A stretch of 41,458 nt of DNA, taken from an uncultured Enterococcus sp. (lineage in GTDB: Bacteria; Bacillota; Bacilli; Lactobacillales; Enterococcaceae). Below the pieces are notes generated by a model that saw only the letters and a list, made by a program, of their open reading frames with translations, did no database searches and was not told the origin of the DNA. The position numbers and the translations under genes were made by a program. The stretch lies in NCBI GenBank assembly GCA_946409145.1, contig CAMJVA010000001.1:1-41458 (forward strand). Reading direction: 5' to 3'. Of the stretch, positions 1 through 11,253 are shown piece by piece (position 1 is the first letter of the stretch; every line of letters starts with the position of its first letter).

Positions 1-61
1 AATTTTTTCTCATGAAAGATAGTTTTTACTGTTCTATTCTTGATTTAATTAATAGTTTTCC

Positions 62-997
62 TTACTTAGTATAATCTTTTCGTTTTAAATGAATAATGGT
101 AATGGCCGTGGCCACGACACTTAAGCCAATGACCCAGAGAAATCCTGTACCTTGCTCTTTTCCTGGAAGTCCACCTGTATTCATTCCCCAAATCCCAGAA
201 ATAAGTGCCGGAATAGAAATAACTAAGGCCGCCGAATCCAAGTATTTTAACAACTGGTTTAAATTATTGTTCATCATGTCATTAAAGAGTCCCCCGACTG
301 TTTCTAATAAATCTCGGTAAAGATTAATTAATTTTTCCGCTTGCTCTTGGCGCTGTTGAATATTAAAAACTAAGTGCGGATCATTTAACTCATCCGTAAA
401 AGAATCCCGATCCCAAAGTGTCCCTAAAACTTTTTTCTGCCCTTTTAAAGTGTGATCTAAATACACAACGGCTCTTTGAGTATCAGATAAACGGACTAAC
501 TCTTGAGTTTTAGTAGTTTTTCTAGCTGATTCATCCAGTTCATCAATAACGACTTTGATTTCTTGTAGTTCTTTTGTGTAATGAGTGTAAACTTTAAAAA
601 TGGAATAAGCGACTAATTCGTCAAAATTACGAACTTTTTCCCCGAAGCGTTTAATAAATCGTTCAATAAAGGTAGAGCGCTCAGCTAAATTAGTGATGAT
701 TAACTCATCAGAAATAATAAATAAAACAGGTTCAAGTCGATTTTCGATTTTATCTTCGTATTTTTCTAAGTTTAAAATAATTAAGAGAAAAACATTTTTT
801 AACTTTGTTTCATACAAAGGTTCAAAACGGGCTACTTCTTCCGCTTCAGTTGCACCTAGAAAAATATCTTCTGGGAGGTCATATTCTTTGACTACTTGAT
901 CTTGCTCTTCTTTGGTGGCTCCATGCAAAATTAGCCAATTTCCTGATGAATCGCTTTTTTTAATCCCTTCTTGGGAAATGGAATAATGCTTAATCAT
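62..997 (-). CDS. corA: CorA-family Mg2+/divalent cation transporter (311 aa; start moved to ATG 997)
   Basis: C-terminal WGMN motif between two TM helices; SD AGAGGTG upstream of ATG 997; the ORF-track extension to 1093 runs through the promoter. Confidence 0.85.
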   Translation of the reverse strand: MIKHYSISQEGIKKSDSSGNWLILHGATKEEQDQVVKEYDLPEDIFLGATEAEEVARFEPLYETKLKNVFLLIILNLEKYEDKIENRLEPVLFIISDELIITNLAERSTFIERFIKRFGEKVRNFDELVAYSIFKVYTHYTKELQEIKVVIDELDESARKTTKTQELVRLSDTQRAVVYLDHTLKGQKKVLGTLWDRDSFTDELNDPHLVFNIQQRQEQAEKLINLYRDLLETVGGLFNDMMNNNLNQLLKYLDSAALVISIPALISGIWGMNTGGLPGKEQGTGFLWVIGLSVVATAITIIHLKRKDYTK

Positions 998-1055
998 TAT
1001 TTTCACCTCTTTAAAAAATCCAAGTGACGAGAAAAAGTTTTCTTCTATATAAATA

Positions 1056-1084
1056 AGACTATCTTGGATAAAAAAGATTGTCAA
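1056..1084 (-). promoter_or_regulatory. sigma-A promoter for corA
   Basis: TTGACA (1084-1079), 17-nt spacer, TAGTCT (1061-1056). Confidence 0.6.
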
Positions 1085-1128
1085 AAAAACCACCTAATCT
1101 AAGACTAAAAGTAGATTAGATGGTTTTT
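1083..1128 (-). terminator. Intrinsic terminator-like hairpin with no cognate upstream minus-strand gene
   Basis: 17-bp arms 1085-1101/1112-1128; the single mismatch is a G-U pair on the minus strand, followed by U7. Confidence 0.65.
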
Positions 1129-1178
1129 ACTTAATTTTTACATGAGATAGACTTTGATTTTTACAGGACATTTTTACA
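1124..1178 (+). promoter_or_regulatory. Pho box-like direct repeats upstream of pstS
   Basis: TTTAC(T/A) at 1126, 1137, 1160, 1173; matches the TT(A/T/C)ACA PhoP repeat; phoPR in the same operon. Confidence 0.65.
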
Positions 1179-1223
1179 ATTCAGGTGTACTTAAAAATAA
1201 TAATATATTAGAGGAGAAAGTTT

Positions 1224-2099
1224 ATGAAAAAAGGATTGCTTTTAACATTAGCATTAATTAGTTTAGGAAGTTTGGTAGCTTGTGGCAGCGAAGCAAAGGA
1301 CAAAAAAGCTGAAGCTACTGAAAGTAAAAAGATTACAGTGGTTTCAAGAGAAGATGGCAGTGGAACCAGAGGGGCTTTTATTGAGCTTTTTGGCATTGAA
1401 GAAAAGGGTGATGACGGGTCGAAAAAAGATTTAACTACTAAAGAAGCGGTCATTGCTAATAAAACAGATGTGATGCTTAATAACATTAAAAGTGATGAAA
1501 GTGCTATTGGCTATGTATCCTTAGGTTCTTTAGGAGACAATGTGAAAGCTTTAAGTATTGATGGGGTAAAAGCTACTAGTGAAAATGTTAAAAATAAATC
1601 TTATGCTATTGCTAGACCGTTTATGATTGCCACTAAAGGTGAAGCAAAAGGTTTAGCTAAAGATTTCATTCATTATATTTTGTCAAAAGAAGGGCAAGAA
1701 GTTGTCAGTGATAGTTATATTCCAGTTAATGAAGCAGCGGAAAGCTTCACTGGAGAAAAACCAGAAGGAAAAATCTCTATAGCTGGTTCTTCTTCTGTGA
1801 CCCCTATTATGGAAAAACTAAAAGAAGCATACTTGGGATTAAATCCTAAGGCGAAAATTGAAATTCAAATGACAGATTCCACTGCAGGAATGACCGCAAC
1901 AATGGAAGGGGCAGCTGACATTGGAATGGCTAGTCGGGATTTAAAAGAAAGTGAGTTAAAAGAATTAACTAGTGTTCCCATTGCTTTAGATGGAATTGCC
2001 GTCGTGGTTAATCCTAAAAACAAGGCAGATAATTTAACAAAAGAGCAAGTGAAAAATATCTTCACTGGAAAAATCTCTACTTGGGATGAGACTTTATGA
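1224..2099 (+). CDS. pstS: Phosphate ABC transporter substrate-binding lipoprotein
   Basis: Lipobox LVAC; SREDGSGTRGAF and AGSSSV motifs; SD GAGGAG. Confidence 0.92.
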   Translation: MKKGLLLTLALISLGSLVACGSEAKDKKAEATESKKITVVSREDGSGTRGAFIELFGIEEKGDDGSKKDLTTKEAVIANKTDVMLNNIKSDESAIGYVSLGSLGDNVKALSIDGVKATSENVKNKSYAIARPFMIATKGEAKGLAKDFIHYILSKEGQEVVSDSYIPVNEAAESFTGEKPEGKISIAGSSSVTPIMEKLKEAYLGLNPKAKIEIQMTDSTAGMTATMEGAADIGMASRDLKESELKELTSVPIALDGIAVVVNPKNKADNLTKEQVKNIFTGKISTWDETL

Positions 2100-2959
2100 G
2101 AAAAAATGAATGGCAAGAAAGGAGCATGAAATTTATTTTCATGCTCGCTTCTTTAATGAGTGTTTTTGCTGTGATATTAATTTGTTTGTTTTTATTTGCT
2201 AATGGAATTCCAGCCATGAAAAAAATTGGACTAATAAATTTTTTATTTGGTAAAGAATGGTCTCCTTCTGATACGCCTCCAGCTTTTGGTATTTTACCCA
2301 TGATTTTTGGAAGTTTGTATGTGACTGCAGGAGCCATTTTAATCGGGGTTCCTATTGGTATTTTCTCAGCAGTTTTTTTAGCTAAAGCATGTCCGAAATC
2401 TTTGTATAAAATTTTAAAACTAGCTGTAGATTTGTTAGCAGGAGTTCCTTCAGTAGTGTATGGTTTTTTTGGGATGGTCACTATTGTTCCTTTTATTAGA
2501 AATTTTATTGGAGGAGATGGAAATAGTATTTTATCTGCTTCCATTTTACTGGGAATAATGATTTTACCGACAATCATCGGTTTAACGGAAAGTGCTATTC
2601 GGGCAGTGCCTAATGAAATTTATGAAAATGCCATTGCTCTTGGAGCAAGTTCTGAGCGGGCTATGTTTTCTGTAGTATTGCCTGCTGCTAAATCAGGAGT
2701 GGTGGCCGGAATTGTTTTAGGAATTGGTCGAGCTATTGGAGAAACCATGGCAGTGATTATGGTGGCTGGAAATCAAGCAAGAATGCCAAAAGGAATATTA
2801 GAAGGTGTGAGAACATTAACGGCCAATATCGTCATTGAAATGGGATATGCCGCAGAACTTCATCGAGAAGCTTTAATTGCTACTGGTGTGGTGCTGTTTG
2901 TTTTTATTTTGTTGATCAATCTTTCCTTTGCTGCATTTAGAAAAGAGGGAATGAAATGA
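2096..2959 (+). CDS. pstC: Phosphate ABC transporter permease
   Basis: LAGVPSVVYG and GRAIGETMAV motifs; ATGA overlap with pstS. Confidence 0.95.
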   Translation: MRKNEWQERSMKFIFMLASLMSVFAVILICLFLFANGIPAMKKIGLINFLFGKEWSPSDTPPAFGILPMIFGSLYVTAGAILIGVPIGIFSAVFLAKACPKSLYKILKLAVDLLAGVPSVVYGFFGMVTIVPFIRNFIGGDGNSILSASILLGIMILPTIIGLTESAIRAVPNEIYENAIALGASSERAMFSVVLPAAKSGVVAGIVLGIGRAIGETMAVIMVAGNQARMPKGILEGVRTLTANIVIEMGYAAELHREALIATGVVLFVFILLINLSFAAFRKEGMK

Positions 2960-3789
2960 GACGACGTTTTGAAACACAACTTTTAAAAATTCTCACTTGG
3001 CTAAGTGCTGCTTTAACCTTTGGAACATTGCTCTTTTTAATTGTATATATTCTTATAAATGGCATTCCTTATTTGAAGCCTTCTTTATTTTCTTTAACTT
3101 ACAATACAGAAAACGTGTCCTTATTTCCGGCTTTAATCACTACTTTTTTCGTAGTGTGTCTTTCTTTAATTTTAGCGGTCCCTATTGGCATTTTTACAGC
3201 TATTTATTTAGTAGAGTATGCAAAGAGTAATAATAAATTAGTGATTCTCATTCGCCTAACAGCAGAAACTTTAGCGGGTATTCCTTCAATTATTTATGGT
3301 TTATTTGGGTTATTATTTTTTGTTACTTGGTTAAAATGGGGGCCTTCTCTTTTAGCCGGAACCTTTACCATGAGTATTATGATTTTACCTTTAATTATGC
3401 GAACTACTGAAGAAAGTCTAAGAGGTGTTCCCCAAAGCTTTCGAGAAGGATCATTTGCTTTAGGGGCTGGGAAATTGCGGACTATTTTTAGAATCGTCTT
3501 ACCAGCAGCCACACCAGGAATCTTAGCGGGAGTTATTTTAAGTATTGGGCGAATTATTGGAGAAACAGCGGCTTTAATTTACACAAGTGGTACAGTAGCA
3601 CAGGTTCCAGAAGGCTTGTTTTCTTCTGGGAGAACCTTAGCTGTTCATATGTACGCTTTGTCTAGTGAAGGCTTATACACTGGACAAGCATATGGCACAG
3701 CGGTGATCTTATTGGTAGTGGTAGTGATAATTAATACTCTATCTAGCGTGGTCGCTAAAAAAATGATGGGCGGGAAAACAGATGAATAA
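2956..3789 (+). CDS. pstA: Phosphate ABC transporter permease
   Basis: [13 protein letters not shown] and [10 protein letters not shown] motifs. Confidence 0.95.
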   Translation: MRRRFETQLLKILTWLSAALTFGTLLFLIVYILINGIPYLKPSLFSLTYNTENVSLFPALITTFFVVCLSLILAVPIGIFTAIYLVEYAKSNNKLVILIRLTAETLAGIPSIIYGLFGLLFFVTWLKWGPSLLAGTFTMSIMILPLIMRTTEESLRGVPQSFREGSFALGAGKLRTIFRIVLPAATPGILAGVILSIGRIIGETAALIYTSGTVAQVPEGLFSSGRTLAVHMYALSSEGLYTGQAYGTAVILLVVVVIINTLSSVVAKKMMGGKTDE

Positions 3790-4531
3790 ACTGCAGTTAG
3801 AAAATGTACAATTATGGTACAATGATTTTAAAGCTTTAAAAGGGATTTCCATGGATATTTCTGCTAACGAAATTACGGCTTTTATTGGTCCTTCAGGTTG
3901 TGGTAAATCTACCTTATTAAAATGTTTTGATCGTATGAATGATTTAGTCGAAGGTTGTAAAATCAATGGGAAAATTCTACTTGATGGAAATGATATTTAT
4001 GAAGATCCTAAGATTAATCTTTTGCGCCAAAAAGTTGGGATGGTGTTTCAAAAACCCAATCCCTTTCCCATGAGCATTTACGATAATATAGCCTTTGGGC
4101 CAAGGACTCACGGGGTGACCAAGAAAAACGAGTTAAATGAAATTGTCGAAACTTCTTTAAAAGATGCAGCTATTTGGGAAGAGACAAAAGATCGATTGAA
4201 AAAAAGTGCTCTTTCTCTTTCAGGTGGGCAGCAACAACGCTTATGTATTGCCAGAGCTTTAGCAGTAAAACCAGAAGTTTTATTAATGGATGAACCTACT
4301 TCGGCCTTAGACCCTATTTCTACTATTAAAATTGAAGAATTAGCTTTAGAGTTGAAAAAACAATATACGATAGTCATGGTGACACATAATATGCAACAAG
4401 CAGCGCGTGTTTCTGATAAAACTGCCTTTTTTCTTTTAGGTGAATTAATTGAGTATAATCAGACAGAAACTTTTTTTTCCTATCCTGAAGATTCTCGTAG
4501 TGAAGATTATATTACTGGGAGGTTTGGCTAA
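3782..4531 (+). CDS. pstB: Phosphate ABC transporter ATPase
   Basis: Walker [23 protein letters not shown]-terminal YITGRFG. Confidence 0.97.
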   Translation: MNKLQLENVQLWYNDFKALKGISMDISANEITAFIGPSGCGKSTLLKCFDRMNDLVEGCKINGKILLDGNDIYEDPKINLLRQKVGMVFQKPNPFPMSIYDNIAFGPRTHGVTKKNELNEIVETSLKDAAIWEETKDRLKKSALSLSGGQQQRLCIARALAVKPEVLLMDEPTSALDPISTIKIEELALELKKQYTIVMVTHNMQQAARVSDKTAFFLLGELIEYNQTETFFSYPEDSRSEDYITGRFG

Positions 4532-5184
4532 TGCGTAAGAATTTTGATCAAAAACTTTCGACGCTTAATATTTGGCTCATTGAAATGGGTTCTTTAGTAG
4601 AAGAGACTATTACTATTGCTCTTAAAACAGTTACTCAACATAATGATCTTCTTTGGGATAGAATGATTACTTTACAAGAAGAAATTAAGCAAAAAAATCA
4701 AGACATTGAAGCCTTGTGTTTAAAATTATTACTACAACAGCAACCTGTAGCTAAAGACTTACGCTTAATTTCCACTGCTTTAAAAATGATAACGGATTTA
4801 AAACGTATTGGGGATCAAGGAGTCGATATTGCAGAAATTTCTTTAACTATGGAAGAAAATAAATTTCTAGAGCAAGTGCCTATTTTAAAAATGGCACAAG
4901 GGGTCACAACAATGGTGACAGAAAGTATTGACGCTTTTGTTAAAGGAGATTTGTCTTTAGGAGAAAAAGTGATTAAAGCAGATGATGAAATAGATGACTT
5001 GTTTGAAGAAGTGAAGGAAAAACTTATTCACCTTTTAATTAAAGATAATACTCAAGGAAAAACAGCCTTAGATCTTTTGATGATTGCTAAATATTTAGAA
5101 CGAATTGGAGATCATGGGGTGAACATTGCCACTTGGGTAGTGGCGTCTTTAAGGAATCAGGCAAATAATAGAGTAGGTGAGTAA
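4531..5184 (+). CDS. phoU: Phosphate signalling protein PhoU
   Basis: QPVAKDLR, DLKRIGD and YLERIGDH repeats. Confidence 0.95.
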   Translation: MRKNFDQKLSTLNIWLIEMGSLVEETITIALKTVTQHNDLLWDRMITLQEEIKQKNQDIEALCLKLLLQQQPVAKDLRLISTALKMITDLKRIGDQGVDIAEISLTMEENKFLEQVPILKMAQGVTTMVTESIDAFVKGDLSLGEKVIKADDEIDDLFEEVKEKLIHLLIKDNTQGKTALDLLMIAKYLERIGDHGVNIATWVVASLRNQANNRVGE

Positions 5185-5847
5185 ATGGCTAAAGTTTTTA
5201 TAGTAGAAGACGATGAGGACATTCGGGAGTTAACAATTTATGCCCTAGAAAATGCAGGGTTTTCTGCTCAAGGTTTTGAAAATGGAGAACTCTTTTTTGC
5301 CGCGTTAAAAGAGACGGTGCCTGATTTAGTTTTATTAGATATTATGCTTCCTGGTGAAGATGGCTTAGAAATTTTAAAAAAATTTCGGCAAAAAAGTGCT
5401 ATTCCAGTCATTATGCTCACTGCAAAAGGAAGCGAAGCAGATAAAGTTCGCGGGTTAAATCTGGGGGCAGATGACTATGTCTCAAAGCCTTTTGGAGTAA
5501 CCGAGCTTATTGCACGAATGAATGCTGTATTGCGGCGTAGTAGTGTCTTGGATCATTCTGATTTGTCTTACAAAAAGATACGCCTACAAGAACAAAAGCG
5601 AAGAGTTTTTGTAGGGAATGAAAGTATTACTTTAACGTTTACAGAATTTGAATTACTTCATTATTTACTCTTAAATGTAGATTTAGTTTTAAGCAGAGAA
5701 AAATTAATGAATGCGGTTTGGGGTTACGACTATGAAGGAGAAAGTCGCACAGTAGATATGCACATTAAATCTTTACGGCAAAAATTAAAAGAAGGTGGAG
5801 AATATATTAAAACTGTGCGTCACATTGGCTATAAGTTAGGAGAGTGA
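5185..5847 (+). CDS. phoP: OmpR/PhoB-family response regulator
   Basis: Receiver domain (VEDD, LLDIMLP, GADDY) plus winged helix (SRTVDMHI); pst context. Confidence 0.85.
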   Translation: MAKVFIVEDDEDIRELTIYALENAGFSAQGFENGELFFAALKETVPDLVLLDIMLPGEDGLEILKKFRQKSAIPVIMLTAKGSEADKVRGLNLGADDYVSKPFGVTELIARMNAVLRRSSVLDHSDLSYKKIRLQEQKRRVFVGNESITLTFTEFELLHYLLLNVDLVLSREKLMNAVWGYDYEGESRTVDMHIKSLRQKLKEGGEYIKTVRHIGYKLGE

Positions 5848-7433
5848 AGAAAGTGTCCAAGAAAATTTTTCGGGCCATGGGCTCTTTAGTTTTATTTACT
5901 GTCCTTTTTTTTGCCTTGTTGTTTGGCCTGATTTTTTCTAATACTTTTGGTAGTAAAATGCAAGACAGTTTAAAATCCTTGCGGGTTTCAATGATTGCTC
6001 CTTCTGGTGAAGTTGTTTTTGATAATTTGGCAGATCCTAGTACTTTAGAAAATCATGGGGATCGTCCAGAAGTCGTGGAAGCTATAAAAAAAGGTTCTGG
6101 AGAAAGCAAACGATTTTCTGCAACAATATTAGAAACGACCTATTATTATGCGAAGAAAATGGACGACGGTAATATTTTACGCTTATCAGTGACAGCCAAC
6201 AGTATTCAAACCTTACTTACTACCTTTATTCCTTTAGTTTTAATTTGTTTAGTTGTTGCTTTTTTTATGGCCTATTTCCTTGCGAAAACTTTAACTAAAC
6301 GAATTACAGAACCTATTAATCACGTAGATTTAGATCATCCAACCCTTGAAGAATATGAGGAACTACTTCCTTTTTTTAAAAAAATAGAAAGCCAAAAATT
6401 AGCTCTTAATGATCAATTAATAGAATTAAAACAGCGTACTAGAACCATTACCACGATTACGGAAAATATGAAAGAAGGACTCCTTCTTTTAGATGAAAAA
6501 GGAAATATTTTACTTACTAATGACAGTCTTCGTCATATTTTACACATGGAAAATCTCCTTAATGTTCCTTTTATTGAAGTTTATCGAGAACAACATTTTA
6601 TTGAAAACGTCAAAAAATGTTTAAAAGGAGAAAAATCAGAAATGGTGATTTCATTTCCTCCTGATTTTTATCAAGTGTATTTTAATCCAGTGAAAGAAAA
6701 CGGACGGTTACAAGGAGCCGTGATTTTATTTATTAACAATACCCAACATTTTCTAGCGGAAACCCAAAGAAAAGAATTTTCTGCCAATGTTTCTCATGAG
6801 CTAAAAACTCCTTTGACGACCATTAGTGTGATCAGTGAGATGCTTGGAGAAGGTAGCGTGAAAGAAAAAGACATTCAACCTTTCGCAAAAAAAATTCAAA
6901 CTCAAACCAAACGCCTTCTTAATATAATTGAAGATATTATTAAACTGGCGGAATTTGACGAAGGAAAAGGTCAACAAGATTTTTCTGTTTTCAACTTAAA
7001 TAAATTAGTGCAAAAAGTAGTGGATCATTTAAAAGAAAAAAGTGAAAAAAATCAAGTGAAGGTTACACTTGTTGCGGAAAAAGTCATTTATTTAACAGGA
7101 AATGAGCAAATGATTGACGAACTTTTGTATAATCTTTTAGACAATGGAATTAAATATAATCAGAAATCAGGAACAGTGACTATTACTTTAAAAGAAACAT
7201 CCACATCAGTTAAAATTATCGTGAAAGATACAGGAATTGGGATAGAGTCTAAAGATTTTCAGCGGATCTTTGAACGCTTTTATCGCGTAGACAAATCTCA
7301 TTCTAAAAAAATTGGGGGAACAGGGTTAGGCCTTTCCATTGTGAAACATATTGTCGAGTTTCATCAAGGAAGCATTAAAGTAGAAAGTCAGTCCACAGGT
7401 ACCACGTTCACTGTTGTTTTACCGAAAAGCTAA
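5844..7433 (+). CDS. phoR: Sensor histidine kinase, PhoR-like (GTG start)
   Basis: Two TM helices, PAS-like region, H-box ANVSHELKTPL, G-boxes DTGIGI and GGTGLGL. Confidence 0.88.
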   Translation: MKKVSKKIFRAMGSLVLFTVLFFALLFGLIFSNTFGSKMQDSLKSLRVSMIAPSGEVVFDNLADPSTLENHGDRPEVVEAIKKGSGESKRFSATILETTYYYAKKMDDGNILRLSVTANSIQTLLTTFIPLVLICLVVAFFMAYFLAKTLTKRITEPINHVDLDHPTLEEYEELLPFFKKIESQKLALNDQLIELKQRTRTITTITENMKEGLLLLDEKGNILLTNDSLRHILHMENLLNVPFIEVYREQHFIENVKKCLKGEKSEMVISFPPDFYQVYFNPVKENGRLQGAVILFINNTQHFLAETQRKEFSANVSHELKTPLTTISVISEMLGEGSVKEKDIQPFAKKIQTQTKRLLNIIEDIIKLAEFDEGKGQQDFSVFNLNKLVQKVVDHLKEKSEKNQVKVTLVAEKVIYLTGNEQMIDELLYNLLDNGIKYNQKSGTVTITLKETSTSVKIIVKDTGIGIESKDFQRIFERFYRVDKSHSKKIGGTGLGLSIVKHIVEFHQGSIKVESQSTGTTFTVVLPKS

Positions 7434-7472
7434 AAAATTCCCTTTACTGATAGTGAGTAAAGGGAATTTTTT
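7432..7472 (+). terminator. Terminator of the pst-pho operon (symmetric, potentially bidirectional)
   Basis: AAAAAATTCCCTTTACT / AGTAAAGGGAATTTTTT inverted repeat. Confidence 0.85.
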
Positions 7473-7592
7473 AGGTTAAGCTTCTAACTTTTTTCTTTTC
7501 TCATCTTAGTTTGAGGTATTTTCAAATGAAACCCCTTTATTTATAAAAAGTAAATTAATCCAATAAAATCAAGGTTTTTTCAAAGAAAATAC

Positions 7593-7621
7593 TTGCTCTC
7601 TGGAAAAAAATTTAGTACAAT
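7593..7621 (+). promoter_or_regulatory. sigma-A promoter of the S10 operon
   Basis: TTGCTC, 17 nt, TACAAT, with an AT-rich upstream region. Confidence 0.65.
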
Positions 7622-7627
7622 GACAAA

Positions 7628-8091
<464 letters not shown>

Positions 8092-8119
8092 TAAATCTTA
8101 AAAAAATGGAGGTGTACTC

Positions 8120-8749
8120 ATGACCAAAGGAATCTTAGGGAAAAAAGTGGGGATGACACAAATCTTTACTGAAGCTGGAGAACTTATTCCTGTAACTGTA
8201 GTTGAAGCTACTCCAAACGTTGTTTTACAAGTTAAAACAATGGAAACAGATGGCTACGAAGCAGTACAATTAGGTTTTTCCGATTTACGTGAAGTTTTGT
8301 CTAACAAACCTGCGAAAGGTCATGTTGCAAAAGCAAACACGGCTCCTAAGCGCTTCATTAGAGAATTCAAGGATGTTGAGCTAGGAGAATACAGTGTAGG
8401 AAATGAAGTTAAGGTAGATGTATTTTCTGCCGGCGACATCGTTGATGTTACAGGTACGACTAAAGGGAAAGGTTTCCAAGGGGTTATTAAACGCCACGGA
8501 CAATCTCGCGGGCCAATGGCTCACGGTTCTCGTTATCATCGTCGTCCTGGGTCAATGGGTCCAGTTGCACCAAACCGTGTATTTAAAAATAAACACTTGG
8601 CTGGAAGAATGGGCGGCAATCGCGTAACGATTCAAAATCTTGAAATCGTTCGGGTTGATCTTGACCGTAACGTTATCTTAATTAAAGGTAATGTGCCAGG
8701 AGCTAAAAAATCTTTAGTTACTATTAAATCAGCTGTTAAAGCTAAATAA
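8120..8749 (+). CDS. rplC: 50S ribosomal protein L3
   Basis: [13 protein letters not shown]; operon order. Confidence 0.99.
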   Translation: MTKGILGKKVGMTQIFTEAGELIPVTVVEATPNVVLQVKTMETDGYEAVQLGFSDLREVLSNKPAKGHVAKANTAPKRFIREFKDVELGEYSVGNEVKVDVFSAGDIVDVTGTTKGKGFQGVIKRHGQSRGPMAHGSRYHRRPGSMGPVAPNRVFKNKHLAGRMGGNRVTIQNLEIVRVDLDRNVILIKGNVPGAKKSLVTIKSAVKAK

Positions 8750-8776
8750 AAGTTTACAGGAAGGAGGAACTAAGGA

Positions 8777-9400
8777 ATGCCTAATGTAGCATTATTCAAA
8801 CAAGATGGTACACAAAATGGCGACATTACTTTAAATGACGCAATTTTCGGTATCGAACCTAATGAAAATGTCGTATTCGACGCAATCATCATGCAACGTG
8901 CTTCTTTACGTCAAGGAACACATGCGGTTAAAAACCGTTCAGCAGTGTCCGGCGGAGGCCGCAAACCATGGCGTCAAAAAGGAACTGGTCGGGCTCGTCA
9001 AGGATCTATTCGCTCCCCACAATGGCGTGGAGGTGGAATCGTCTTTGGACCAACACCACGTTCTTACAGCTACAAACTTCCTAAAAAAGTTCGTCGCTTA
9101 GCAATTAAATCTGTTTTATCTCAAAAAGTCTTAGATGAAAAATTTGTGGCTGTTGAAGGATTATCTTTTGACGCACCAAAAACTAAAGACTTCAAAGAAG
9201 TTTTAAATGGACTTTCCATTGATTCTAAAGTTTTAGTAGTCCTTGAAGGTGGCAACGACTTTGCTGCTTTATCTGCTAGAAACTTACCAAATGTTTCTGT
9301 TGTTGAATCTGACAACGTGAGCGTTTTAGATGTAGTTTCTGCTGATAAATTATTGATTACCAAAGCTGCTCTTACTCAACTAGAGGAGGTGCTAGCCTAA
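8777..9400 (+). CDS. rplD: 50S ribosomal protein L4
   Basis: [15 protein letters not shown]. Confidence 0.99.
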   Translation: MPNVALFKQDGTQNGDITLNDAIFGIEPNENVVFDAIIMQRASLRQGTHAVKNRSAVSGGGRKPWRQKGTGRARQGSIRSPQWRGGGIVFGPTPRSYSYKLPKKVRRLAIKSVLSQKVLDEKFVAVEGLSFDAPKTKDFKEVLNGLSIDSKVLVVLEGGNDFAALSARNLPNVSVVESDNVSVLDVVSADKLLITKAALTQLEEVLA

Positions 9401-9690
9401 TGGAATTATTAGACGTAATCTTACGCCCAGTCATTACTGAGCAATCAATGCTTGTAATGGATGAAAAGAAATATACTTTTGATGTGGCTGTTACTGCCAA
9501 TAAAACATTAGTCAAACAAGCTGTTGAAAAAGCTTTTGATGTTAAAGTTAAAAGTGTCAACATCATGAACGTTAAACCTAAATTCAAACGCATGGGAAAA
9601 TATGCTGGATACACTAAAAAACGCCGTAAAGCCATTGTGACTTTAACTGCTGATTCTAAAGATATCCAACTTTTCAATGAAGCTGAATAA
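9400..9690 (+). CDS. rplW: 50S ribosomal protein L23
   Basis: [16 protein letters not shown]; operon order. Confidence 0.98.
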   Translation: MELLDVILRPVITEQSMLVMDEKKYTFDVAVTANKTLVKQAVEKAFDVKVKSVNIMNVKPKFKRMGKYAGYTKKRRKAIVTLTADSKDIQLFNEAE

Positions 9691-9724
9691 GTAGAAATTT
9701 CATTACAATAGGAGGGAAAAAGAC

Positions 9725-10558
9725 GTGGCGATTAAAAAGTATAAACCAACCTCAAACGGTCGTCGTAATATGACAGGTTCTGACTTTGCGGAAATCACTT
9801 CCCAAACACCAGAAAAATCATTACTTCAACCATTGAGCAAAAACGCCGGCCGTAATAACAACGGACGTATTACTGTTCGTCATCAAGGCGGCGGTCACAA
9901 ACGTCAATATCGTATGGTTGATTTCAAACGTACGAAAGACGATGTGAAAGCTATCGTTAAAACTATCGAGTACGATCCAAACCGTTCTGCTAATATCGCA
10001 CTTATCCATTATGTGGATGGGGTTAAATCTTACATTTTAGCACCTAAAGGATTAGAAGTAGGAATGGAAGTATTCTCTGGAGAAAATGCTGATATTAAAG
10101 TAGGTAACACTTTACCACTTGCAAATATCCCAGTAGGTACTGTAATTCACAACATCGAACTTAAACCTGGTAAAGGTGGACAATTAATTCGCTCCGCTGG
10201 TACTAGCGCTCAAGTATTAGGTAAAGAAGGAAAATATGTCCTTGTTCGTCTAAACTCTGGAGAAGTTCGTATGATCTTAGGCACATGTCGTGCAACTATT
10301 GGTTCTGTTGGTAACGAACAACATGAATTAATTAACATTGGTAAAGCTGGACGTAGTCGTTGGATGGGTAAACGCCCAACTGTTCGTGGATCTGTAATGA
10401 ACCCTAACGATCACCCACACGGTGGTGGTGAAGGTAAAGCTCCAGTCGGACGTAAAGCGCCTATGACTCCATGGGGTAAAGTGGCCATTGGTCTTAAAAC
10501 CCGTGATACTAAAGCTAAATCTGATAAACTTATTATTCGTCGTCGCAACGAAAAATAA
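9725..10558 (+). CDS. rplB: 50S ribosomal protein L2 (GTG start)
   Basis: [21 protein letters not shown]. Confidence 0.99.
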   Translation: MAIKKYKPTSNGRRNMTGSDFAEITSQTPEKSLLQPLSKNAGRNNNGRITVRHQGGGHKRQYRMVDFKRTKDDVKAIVKTIEYDPNRSANIALIHYVDGVKSYILAPKGLEVGMEVFSGENADIKVGNTLPLANIPVGTVIHNIELKPGKGGQLIRSAGTSAQVLGKEGKYVLVRLNSGEVRMILGTCRATIGSVGNEQHELINIGKAGRSRWMGKRPTVRGSVMNPNDHPHGGGEGKAPVGRKAPMTPWGKVAIGLKTRDTKAKSDKLIIRRRNEK

Positions 10559-10590
10559 TTTCGTATGCATAATTTGAGAGGAGGTTCACC

Positions 10591-10872
10591 ATGGGTCGCA
10601 GCTTGAAAAAAGGACCTTTTGCCGATGAGCATTTACTAAATAAAGTAGAAGCTCAAAAGGATGAACAAAAGAAAAAAGTTATCAAAACGTGGTCTCGTCG
10701 TTCTACAATCTTTCCTAGCTTTGTAGGCTACACGATCGCCGTTTATGATGGAAGAAAACATGTGCCTGTTTATATCCAAGAAGATATGGTAGGCCATAAA
10801 TTAGGTGAATTCGCACCAACTAGAACTTACCGCGGACATGCCGCTGACGATAAGAAAACGGCTAAACGCTAG
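10591..10872 (+). CDS. rpsS: 30S ribosomal protein S19
   Basis: [21 protein letters not shown]. Confidence 0.99.
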   Translation: MGRSLKKGPFADEHLLNKVEAQKDEQKKKVIKTWSRRSTIFPSFVGYTIAVYDGRKHVPVYIQEDMVGHKLGEFAPTRTYRGHAADDKKTAKR

Positions 10873-10892
10873 AAACGAGGGGAGGATTTAAC

Positions 10893-11240
10893 ATGGCAGA
10901 ACAAATTACTTCAGCTAGAGCGACTGCTAAAACAGTCCGCACTTCACCTCGTAAGGCACGGATCACTATTGATCTTGTGAGAGGTAAGAGCGTTGCCGAA
11001 GCTATTTCAATTTTGAAATTCACACCAAACAAAAATGCTGGCATTATCGAAAAAGTTTTAATGTCTGCAGTGGCTAACGCCGAAAATAATTTTGACTTAG
11101 ATGTTGAAAACTTAGTAGTTTCAGAAGCTTTTGTCAATGAAGGACCAACAATGAAACGTTTCCGTCCTAGAGCAAAAGGATCTGCATCACCTATTAACAA
11201 ACGTACAAGTCATATTACAGTAGTAGTATCAGAAAAATAA
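10893..11240 (+). CDS. rplV: 50S ribosomal protein L22
   Basis: [23 protein letters not shown]. Confidence 0.99.
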   Translation: MAEQITSARATAKTVRTSPRKARITIDLVRGKSVAEAISILKFTPNKNAGIIEKVLMSAVANAENNFDLDVENLVVSEAFVNEGPTMKRFRPRAKGSASPINKRTSHITVVVSEK

Positions 11241-11253
11241 GGAGGGATAATTA

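Noticed and set aside
998..1093. 32-aa N-terminal extension of CorA in the ORF track
   Set aside because: It crosses the promoter and hairpin; the SD supports ATG 997
1130..1300. M-box (Mg2+) riboswitch upstream of corA
   Set aside because: No recognisable aptamer; the region is the pstS promoter and CDS, and the corA promoter lies downstream of the hairpin
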